Source of the DNA: Clostridia bacterium
GTDB lineage: Bacteria; Bacillota; Clostridia; Christensenellales; CAG-917
Direction of reading: 5' to 3'
Assembly: GCA_017553325.1 (NCBI GenBank)
Contig: JAFZMH010000006.1
Coordinates: 25,759 to 89,758, forward strand
DNA: 64,000 bases
Below the pieces are notes generated by a model that saw only the letters and a list, made by a program, of their open reading frames with translations, did not search any database and was not told the DNA's origin. Of this stretch, positions 56,578 through 64,000 are shown piece after piece. How positions within the stretch are numbered: position 1 is the first letter of the stretch; each line of letters starts with the position of its first letter. The translations under genes and the position numbers were made by a program.

Positions 56578-57542
56578 TTGTGTCTATCCTCCAGTATTGT
56601 GAAGAGCAATGAATCGACCGTGGCGGTCGGGTTTACGTTGAGAGAAAGTTTTCGCCTTGCCGAGTTGACGGCAAGAAGTATGTCCGCGAGCGCGTGACGG
56701 GAATAGTTGCTTGCAAGAGCGTCGATGTCTTCGATTATGTGCTTTTGCACGACGAGGTCGCCGTCTCCCTTTGCCGCAAGCATATCGCGAAGTATAATCG
56801 AAAGCACGTCCAAAAACGCTCCTACGTCCTTTTGCATAAAGACCGCGCTGTCCAAAGCCGCTATGTCGCTCGAACGGTTTAAAAATCTCAAGAGTTTTAT
56901 CGCAGAGCGATAAAGTTCGGCATAATCAGGGGAGTTTGCAATCTTGAGCGCTTTGCCGAGTTGTCCTTCTCCGCAGGCTGCCGCCACCGAGCAGGTCGCC
57001 GCGTCTATGCCCAAAGAGAGGAGCATGGCGTACACCGTCTGTTCGTCAAAGGCGTCCAGATACAAAGTGCGAGCGCGCGAGCGTACGGTTTCGAGCATAC
57101 CCGCCTCGTTGCTCACGCCGAGCACTATCGTCACGTCCGCAGGCGGCTCCTCAAAGGTTTTGAGCAACTTGTTTTGCGACTGTGCGTTCATAAGGTCCGC
57201 GCGATGGATGAAATACATTTTGCGTTCGCCAATCGGCTTGACGTTTACCGTCGACAAAAAGTTTTGCAAGTCCTCGACCTTGATTTTTTCGCGTTTTTCG
57301 TTCAAGTGGAACACGTCGCCGTTGTTGCCGTTGAGTATCTTGCGACACTCCGCGCAGTCCATACACGGCTCGTGCGAGTCGCAGTATACGGCGCACGCGA
57401 CGAGTGTGAAAAATTCGTCCACGGCATCGTCGTCGGGGGAGACGACCATATAGGCGTGTCCGAGTCCCTTGCCAAAATCGTTCTTCAAAAGAGAGAACGC
57501 ACGCGAGGCTTTGAGGGGCTCGAAAAACTTGAGGTTGCTCAC
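56568..57542 (-). CDS. holB: DNA polymerase III delta-prime subunit
   Basis: HAY, PCMDCAEC Zn motif, QNKLLKTFEEPP, TVRSR; tmk-holB-ricT synteny. Confidence 0.88.
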   Translation of the reverse strand: MSNLKFFEPLKASRAFSLLKNDFGKGLGHAYMVVSPDDDAVDEFFTLVACAVYCDSHEPCMDCAECRKILNGNNGDVFHLNEKREKIKVEDLQNFLSTVNVKPIGERKMYFIHRADLMNAQSQNKLLKTFEEPPADVTIVLGVSNEAGMLETVRSRARTLYLDAFDEQTVYAMLLSLGIDAATCSVAAACGEGQLGKALKIANSPDYAELYRSAIKLLRFLNRSSDIAALDSAVFMQKDVGAFLDVLSIILRDMLAAKGDGDLVVQKHIIEDIDALASNYSRHALADILLAVNSARRKLSLNVNPTATVDSLLFTILEDRHKWQ

Positions 57543-58147
57543 TTGATCGCTCCTTTTTCGCGCAACGCTTCGAGTATGCGCTCCGCAGTCACTTTTTTGT
57601 CAAAATCGGGTTTTATCGGCACGATTCGACCATTTGAACTCTTTATTTCTGCAATATAGCCTTCGTATACCTTATCATGAAACTCGGCGGATTCTTGCTC
57701 CATTCTGTCGGAGTTTTTAAAGGTGCGCCACGCTTCGCTCGGACGCAAATCGAGAAAGATCGTAAGGTCGGGCAACAGTCCGTCGATTGCCGCAGCATTG
57801 ATGTTCTTTATTCTGTCGACGCCCATTCCTCTTGCATAGCCTTGATAGGCGACGGAACTGTCGAGGTATCTGTCGCATATCACGAGTTCGCCCCTTTCAA
57901 GGGCGGGGCGAATGACCTCGCGAACAAGTTGCGCTCTGCTTGCCGCAAACAAGAGCGCTTCGGTGACGTCCGTCATCTCCGTATTGTCGGGGTTGGCGAT
58001 GACGTTTCTTATTTGTTCGGAAATCTTCGTGCTTCCCGGCTCGCGAATATAGACCGCAGGTTGTCCCGTGCGCTCCAAATATTCCTTTAAAAGTCTCACT
58101 TGCGTTGATTTGCCAACGCCTTCGCATCCCTCAAACGTAATAAACAT
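57539..58147 (-). CDS. tmk: thymidylate kinase
   Basis: FITFEGCEGVGKSTQ, REPG, DRYLDSSVAYQG; start reset to ATG 58147. Confidence 0.95.
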   Translation of the reverse strand: MFITFEGCEGVGKSTQVRLLKEYLERTGQPAVYIREPGSTKISEQIRNVIANPDNTEMTDVTEALLFAASRAQLVREVIRPALERGELVICDRYLDSSVAYQGYARGMGVDRIKNINAAAIDGLLPDLTIFLDLRPSEAWRTFKNSDRMEQESAEFHDKVYEGYIAEIKSSNGRIVPIKPDFDKKVTAERILEALREKGAIK

Positions 58148-58329
58148 ATTTGCCCCTATGCACAATGGGTGCATTTTTATTTCATACCCGTTATTATAAC
58201 ACGCATTTGCATTTTTTACAATAAAAAACTCTGCACTATTTGGTAGACGCGCAAACAAATATTTTTCTTGACTTTTGAGGGGTTTAAGTATTAAACTAAT
58301 TTATACTTAAATTTGTTTGGACGGGTTTT

Positions 58330-60753
58330 ATGGACTATAAGCAAATCGAAGCAAAATGGCAAAAAAAATGGGAGGAGACGGGGCTCTACAAGTTCGACAA
58401 ATCGAAAGTCGACAAAAAATACTATTGCCTTGAAATGTTCTCCTATCCGTCAGGCGCGAAACTCCACGCGGGGCACTGGTACAACTACGGACCTGCCGAC
58501 ACCTTTGCAAGGTTCAAACGTATGCAGGGGTTCGAGGTCTTTCATCCTATGGGGTTCGACGCGTTCGGCTTGCCCGCGGAAAACTACGCGATAAAGACGG
58601 GCATTCATCCCGAGGACAGCACCCTGAAGAATATCGAGACGATGGAAAAACAACTCCGTCGTATCGGCGCGACCTACGATTGGGACTATGAGATAAAGAC
58701 CTGCGTGCCCGAATACTACAAGTGGACGCAGTGGATGTTCGAGCAACTCTACAAGAGGGGCTTGGCATACAGAAAGGAAGCGCCGGTCAACTGGTGCCCG
58801 TCCTGCAACACCGTGCTTGCAAACGAGCAGGCGCAGGGTGGCGTGTGCGAGAGATGCGGAAGCGTCGTCACAAAAAAGAACCTCAATCAATGGTTCTTCA
58901 AAATCACCGCCTACGCGGACGAACTTTTGGACGGGATCGACAAACTCGACTGGCCGGAAAAGACCAAACTTATGCAGAAAAACTGGATAGGCAGGAGTTT
59001 CGGCGGAGAAATCGTGTTCGACGTTAAGGGCAGCGACGAGAAAATTCGCGTGTTTACGACACGCGCTGACACGGTATTCGGCGTGACATACGTCGTGCTC
59101 GCTCCCGAAAACCCGCTCGTTGACAAACTCGTCACGGCGGGCAACAAAGCCGCAGTCGAGGCATACAAGGAGAAGGCGGCGCAGACGACGGAAATCGATC
59201 GTATGTCATCGACGCGCGAGAAGACGGGCGTGCCTACGGGCGCGTATGCAATCAACCCCGTCAACGGCAGAGAAGTGCCGATACTCGTCGCGGACTACGT
59301 CATCGCTTCCTATGGTACGGGCGCGGTCATGGGCGTTGCGGCTCACGACGACAGAGACTACGTTTTTGCAAAGAAACTCGGTCTGCCGATTGAGAGAGTT
59401 ATAAAGTCAAAGGACGGTTCTCCCGACGAGTTGCCGTACACCGAATACGGCGTTATGGTCAACAGCGGAGAGTTCGACGGACTCGAGAGCGATGAGGGCA
59501 AGAAAGCCGTGCTCGAAAAACTTGAGAGCATGGGCAAAGGGTGCCTCAAAACGAACTATCGTTTGAGAGACTGGCTGGTCAGTCGTCAAAGATATTGGGG
59601 CGCGCCGATACCCGTCGTTCACTGCGAACACTGCGGGGACGTGCTCGTGCCCGAAGAGGACTTGCCCGTGCGCTTGCCACACAACGTAAACTTCACCCCT
59701 GACGGGGAATCCCCCCTCAAAAAGTGCGACGAGTTTATGCACACGACCTGCCCGAAGTGCGGGCGGCCTGCTTTAAGAGACGCGGACACGCTGGACACCT
59801 TCGTGTGCTCGAGCTGGTATTTCCTCCGCTATCCCGACAACCGCAACGACAAAAAGCCGTTCGACAGCGAGTGGATAAACAAGGTCTTGCCCGTCGACAA
59901 ATACGTAGGCGGCGCGGAACACGCGTGTATGCACCTGCTGTATGCCAGGTTCTTCACGAAGGCGCTTCGCGATATGGGATATTTGAATTTTGACGAGCCG
60001 TTTTTATCCCTCGTTCACCAAGGCACGATTTTGGGACCGGACGGGAACAAGATGTCCAAGTCAAAGGGCAACGTGGTGTCTCCCGACGACAGTATCGCAA
60101 AATACGGCGCGGACATATTCCGCGTGTACTTGATGTTCGGGTTCAACTACGTCGAGGGCGGTCCGTGGAACGACAACGGACTCGACTCCGTTGGACGCTT
60201 CTTCGACAGAATAGAGCGTATCGTCAAAAAGTGCTATGAAATGAACTTTGCAAAGGACGCTCTCGGCAAAGCCGAGAAGGAACTCAATCGCGTGCGCCAC
60301 AACACGATAAAGTGCGTGACAAACGACCTTGGCGCGTTTTCATTCAACACCGCAATCGCAAGACTTATGGAATACGTCAACGCAATCTACGCCTATGATG
60401 GCGCGGTTGAAAAGAAAAACATCTTCTACAAGGACTGCGCAAGAGACTTGGTGCTTCTCATCGCCCCGTTTGCTCCGCACTTTGCAGAGGAACTTTGGGA
60501 GATGCTCGGCGAAACGTACTCCGTGTTCAATCAGCCGTATCCCGTGTTTGACGAAAAGGCTATGGTGCTTGACGAGGTCGAACTTGCCGTTCAAATCAAC
60601 TCGAAGATGAGAGGCAAGGTCGTAGTCCCGACCGGCGCGACGAGAGAGGAGATTGAAAAGGCGGCACTAGAAGCAGTTTCCGCACAACTTGGAGGTGCAA
60701 CACCAAAGAAGATCATCGTTGTGCCAGGCAGATTGGTAAATATTATCGCATAA
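58330..60753 (+). CDS. leuS: leucine--tRNA ligase
   Basis: MFSYPSG...[31 protein letters not shown]. Confidence 0.97.
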   Translation: MDYKQIEAKWQKKWEETGLYKFDKSKVDKKYYCLEMFSYPSGAKLHAGHWYNYGPADTFARFKRMQGFEVFHPMGFDAFGLPAENYAIKTGIHPEDSTLKNIETMEKQLRRIGATYDWDYEIKTCVPEYYKWTQWMFEQLYKRGLAYRKEAPVNWCPSCNTVLANEQAQGGVCERCGSVVTKKNLNQWFFKITAYADELLDGIDKLDWPEKTKLMQKNWIGRSFGGEIVFDVKGSDEKIRVFTTRADTVFGVTYVVLAPENPLVDKLVTAGNKAAVEAYKEKAAQTTEIDRMSSTREKTGVPTGAYAINPVNGREVPILVADYVIASYGTGAVMGVAAHDDRDYVFAKKLGLPIERVIKSKDGSPDELPYTEYGVMVNSGEFDGLESDEGKKAVLEKLESMGKGCLKTNYRLRDWLVSRQRYWGAPIPVVHCEHCGDVLVPEEDLPVRLPHNVNFTPDGESPLKKCDEFMHTTCPKCGRPALRDADTLDTFVCSSWYFLRYPDNRNDKKPFDSEWINKVLPVDKYVGGAEHACMHLLYARFFTKALRDMGYLNFDEPFLSLVHQGTILGPDGNKMSKSKGNVVSPDDSIAKYGADIFRVYLMFGFNYVEGGPWNDNGLDSVGRFFDRIERIVKKCYEMNFAKDALGKAEKELNRVRHNTIKCVTNDLGAFSFNTAIARLMEYVNAIYAYDGAVEKKNIFYKDCARDLVLLIAPFAPHFAEELWEMLGETYSVFNQPYPVFDEKAMVLDEVELAVQINSKMRGKVVVPTGATREEIEKAALEAVSAQLGGATPKKIIVVPGRLVNIIA

Positions 60754-60772
60754 GCGATATTGGAGATAAAAT

Positions 60773-62068
60773 ATGTTAGACATTAATCGTATTAGAACAA
60801 ACACCCAGGAAGTAGTCGATGCTCTTGCAAAAAAAGGCTACGAAGCAGACTTCACGCAAGTTATTGCGTGGGATGATGAACGCAAGGCGACTATAACCGC
60901 CGTCGAACAGTTGAAAGCGCAAAAGAACAAAGTTTCCGCGCAAATTCCCATGCTCAAAAAGGCGGGGCAGGACGTGCAGCCGATTTTCGACGAGATGAAA
61001 AAAATCGGAGAAGAGATTGCGGAGAGCGACGCGCATATTGCGGAACTCGTTGAAAACATCCAGAACGCGCTCGCGGGCATACCGAACATCCCCGATGACG
61101 ACCTTCTCCCCGGTGAAAAGGAAAACAATCAAGTCGTCAAAATCGTGGGAGAACAACCCAAATTCGACTTTCCGCTCAAAAACCACGTGGACATTTGCAC
61201 GGACCTGGGGCTCATTGATTATGAGCGCGGCGTCAAACTCTCGGGCAACGGTTTTTGGATTTACAGGGGCGTAGGCGCGAGACTTGAATGGGCACTCCTG
61301 AACTACTTTGTCGAAGAGCACTTGAAAGACGGCTACGAATTTATTCTTCCGCCTTATCAACTCGGCTACAGCTGCGGCTACGGCGCGGGTCAGTTCCCGA
61401 AATTCAGCGACGAGGTCTATTGGCTCGACTGTGACGAAGACAGAAGACGCAATCGCTTTATGCTCCCGACGGCGGAGACCGCGCTCGTCAATATGTACGC
61501 GGGCGAAATCATCGACGAGGCAAAACTTCCGATGAAGTTCTTTGCGTATTCTCCTTGCTTCAGAAAGGAAGCCGGCTCGGCAAGAGCGGATGAGAGAGGT
61601 ATGATAAGAGGTCACCAATTCAACAAGATTGAAATGGTGCAATACGCTCATCCCGAACACAGTATGGAAGCGTTCAACGAACTCGTGGACAAAGCGGCAC
61701 GCCTTGTCGAAGGACTCGGACTCCACTTCAGAGTCAGCAAACTGGCGGCGGGAGATTGTTCGGCGTCCATGGCGAGAACGTACGACGTGGAACTTTGGAT
61801 ACCGTCTATGGGCATCTACAAAGAGTGCTCGTCCGTGTCCAACGCGAACGACTATCAAGCGCGCAGAAACAACACGAGATACAGAGATTCGAAGACGGGC
61901 AAACCGCAATACGTCCACACCTTAAACGGCTCCGGACTTGCGACGTCTCGCCTTATTCCCGCAATCGTCGAGCAATATCAAAACGCCGACGGCAGCGTGA
62001 CGATACCGCCTGTTCTTCGCAAATACTTGGGCGGAGCAACGCGTATCACAAAGAAGGGTTTAGAATAA
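60773..62068 (+). CDS. serS: serine--tRNA ligase
   Basis: MLDI, PTAE, CFRKEAG, HQFNK, HTLNGSGLA. Confidence 0.96.
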   Translation: MLDINRIRTNTQEVVDALAKKGYEADFTQVIAWDDERKATITAVEQLKAQKNKVSAQIPMLKKAGQDVQPIFDEMKKIGEEIAESDAHIAELVENIQNALAGIPNIPDDDLLPGEKENNQVVKIVGEQPKFDFPLKNHVDICTDLGLIDYERGVKLSGNGFWIYRGVGARLEWALLNYFVEEHLKDGYEFILPPYQLGYSCGYGAGQFPKFSDEVYWLDCDEDRRRNRFMLPTAETALVNMYAGEIIDEAKLPMKFFAYSPCFRKEAGSARADERGMIRGHQFNKIEMVQYAHPEHSMEAFNELVDKAARLVEGLGLHFRVSKLAAGDCSASMARTYDVELWIPSMGIYKECSSVSNANDYQARRNNTRYRDSKTGKPQYVHTLNGSGLATSRLIPAIVEQYQNADGSVTIPPVLRKYLGGATRITKKGLE

Positions 62069-62136
62069 AACAAGCACTTTATCATTATCAAACAAACACA
62101 TAAACTCTCGCTTATGCGAGATAAAGGGGAATAATT

Positions 62137-63525
62137 ATGCGTGAAGAGTTAAGAAAATACGGCGACGAAGCGTATGACATAGTCAAGTACGCCGCCAACG
62201 AAATAGGTCCTCGTTTGCCGGGTAGTGAAGGCGAAAACAAGTTGCACGACTATATGGCGTCACGGCTTGAAGAGATTGACGTAAAGCCCGTGAAGGAGAA
62301 ATTTGTGTTTGCACCGCACGCGTCTATCGGCGGCCTTCCGTATGCTGGTTGGGGCGGAATAATCGGAGCGGTTGGACTTTTGCTTGCGGGCATATTCGGC
62401 TCTATGTCCGCGTTTGCGGGACTTGCTTTAAGTTTTGTGACCTTCGTCTATATGGCGGGACTTTGGACGTGGCTCATCGTCAGCGTGTTCAAATACAAGA
62501 CCTGTTTCGACTGGTGCTTCAAGCACGCCGTATCGCACAATACCTACGGCGAGTTGTTGCCGAAGGACGGAAAGTACGATTATACCGTCTTCGTCTCGGG
62601 ACACACCGATACGAGTTGGACGCTCAAACTCAGCGCGTCGCAAGGGAAAGCGGGGTTCAAGAGCGTGGTTGTGCGTCTTGCCATCGGCGCGGTTTCGGTT
62701 GGAATCGTCACCGTGCTTGCGCTCGTCACGTTTATTATCGCCTGCGTGTTCGACGGCGTGCAAAACGGCGACAACGTCGACGCCATGATAAACACTGCAA
62801 GAGCCTCGGCTGTCATGAGCTATATCAATTTGTTCTCGGCGCCGCTTTGGGTCGTGGGCTCCTTCTTCCTCACGATGTACAACGAAAAGACGGAGTGCAT
62901 AGCGTCTCCCGGCGCGATGGACAATGCCACAGGCATTGCAATTGCCTACGAGGTGCTCAAATACTATCGCGAGAACCCCGACAAAATGCCTGCTCGTTGT
63001 CGTATAGTCGACGTGAACTGCGGCGCGGAGGAATCGGGTCTTCGCGGTTCGCTCGCGTTTACGAGAAACCACAAGGACGACGGAATGCTTGAAAACGCCT
63101 ATCATCTTAACGTGGACTCGATTGCGGACAAAGAACATTTCGAGGTCATCAACGGCGACGCATGGCTCTGCCCGCATTTTGACAAGGGACTTGAAGATAT
63201 GTTCGTCGACGCAATGAAAGAGGCGGGAATCGAGAACCCGGGCAAGATGGCGAACCCCGTCGGCGGTTGCGACTCGACGCCCTTCCAAAAGAACGGCGTG
63301 AAGTCCATAACGTTTGCGGCGCAAAACCCCGAGATGACGACCTATTATCATACGTATATGGACGTTCCGGAAAGGTTTGAAGCGGAGACGGTGGGACTTG
63401 GACTCGACGTGGTGCTTCGCGTCATCGACAAGATAGCGGCGGCGGAAGAGGCAAAGCGCAACGCGGCGGTTGAAACTCCGGCGCAACCCGCAACCGAACC
63501 GAAAACCGAAGCGGTTGAAGAATAA
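62137..63525 (+). CDS. M28 family metallopeptidase with transmembrane insertions
   Basis: GPRLPGSEGE, GHTDT, GAMDNATG, AEESGLRGS, YHT; hydrophobic hairpins. Confidence 0.82.
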   Translation: MREELRKYGDEAYDIVKYAANEIGPRLPGSEGENKLHDYMASRLEEIDVKPVKEKFVFAPHASIGGLPYAGWGGIIGAVGLLLAGIFGSMSAFAGLALSFVTFVYMAGLWTWLIVSVFKYKTCFDWCFKHAVSHNTYGELLPKDGKYDYTVFVSGHTDTSWTLKLSASQGKAGFKSVVVRLAIGAVSVGIVTVLALVTFIIACVFDGVQNGDNVDAMINTARASAVMSYINLFSAPLWVVGSFFLTMYNEKTECIASPGAMDNATGIAIAYEVLKYYRENPDKMPARCRIVDVNCGAEESGLRGSLAFTRNHKDDGMLENAYHLNVDSIADKEHFEVINGDAWLCPHFDKGLEDMFVDAMKEAGIENPGKMANPVGGCDSTPFQKNGVKSITFAAQNPEMTTYYHTYMDVPERFEAETVGLGLDVVLRVIDKIAAAEEAKRNAAVETPAQPATEPKTEAVEE

Positions 63526-63540
63526 AGCGAAAACAAAATC

Positions 63541-63570
63541 AAAACCCACCGACTCGTCGGTGGGTTTTTT
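63541..63570. terminator. bidirectional terminator
   Basis: AAAACCCACCGA-CTCG-TCGGTGGGTTTT. Confidence 0.8.
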
Positions 63571-63588
63571 GTTGCAAAATTGAGTTCG

Positions 63589-64000
63589 TCAAATCGTATT
63601 GTCCACGTCAAAGAGGGGGAGCAGTATGTCGAACTGCGTGACGAAGCCCTCTTTCGGGGCATCGGACAGTGTTATCGTTCCACCGAAAGCCCTCACGATT
63701 TTTTGGCAAACGGCAAGTCCCAACCCCGAGCCCTGTTTGTTCCTCGATTTTTCGCCTACGACGAAGGGCTCGAAGATGTCTTTGCGAGAGTCTTTGGGAA
63801 TGCCCTTGCCGTTGTCCGCAAAGGATATTTTGGCAAAACCGTTTTCCTCTTTGACTTCCACGAACAGCGTTGAGCCGACGGGGGTGTATTTGAAGAAGTT
63901 GGAGACGAGGTTGTCTATGACTCGCACCATCATCGAAAGGTCGACGTTGGCAAACAGTTGCTCCTCGGTGATGTCCGTTTCAAGCGTGTATTTTCTTATT
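63589..64000 (-). CDS. sensor histidine kinase, C-terminal HATPase part (5' end outside window)
   Basis: NLVSNFFKY, DNGKGI, IFEPF, GSGLGLA. Confidence 0.88.
   Translation of the reverse strand, partial: IRKYTLETDITEEQLFANVDLSMMVRVIDNLVSNFFKYTPVGSTLFVEVKEENGFAKISFADNGKGIPKDSRKDIFEPFVVGEKSRNKQGSGLGLAVCQKIVRAFGGTITLSDAPKEGFVTQFDILLPLFDVDNTI

Noticed and set aside
58177-58185. ATG-AAA-TAA minigene near the tmk transcription start
   Set aside because: Too short to distinguish from chance in AT-rich DNA; tmk has its own SD.
1-64000. Prophage, IS element, selenocysteine or frameshift recoding
   Set aside because: I recognised no phage, transposase or integrase ORF, and no gene needed readthrough or a frameshift to be complete.

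Overview
This looks like a chromosomal segment of a low-to-mid-GC, spore-forming anaerobic Bacillota (Clostridia-like; it has spo0A, fhs and a clostridial 2[4Fe-4S] ferredoxin). Most of it is housekeeping: mnmE-mnmG, a glmM-like mutase, trxB, asnS-asnA-aspS, fhs, proS, nrdD, tmk-holB-ricT and leuS-serS. The main unexplained structure lies downstream of a stand-alone tRNA-Ala/tRNA-Ile pair (minus strand, 33907-34093). Three degenerate copies of the tRNA-Ile 3' end, each beside a terminator hairpin (at about 32754, 27200 and 15913), split about 18 kb into three tandem cassettes, none of which encodes an integrase. Cassette 1 is an HTH-Fic gene. Cassette 2 is a sigma-less partner-switching module (sensor PP2C/anti-sigma kinase, alarmone-hydrolase-like HD protein, STAS-kinase fusion). 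Cassette 3 is a near self-contained tungsten module (TupABC behind a Moco/Tuco-type riboswitch, cofactor synthesis, AOR, ferredoxin). Also seen: five copies of a ~125-nt structured element with covarying stems at gene 3' ends, an orphan sRNA candidate with an anti-SD/anti-AUG stretch, a glutaredoxin-fused class III RNR next to a thioredoxin reductase with tandem NrdR boxes, and a low-GC three-gene islet after proS. All product calls come from motif recognition by eye; no database search was run.
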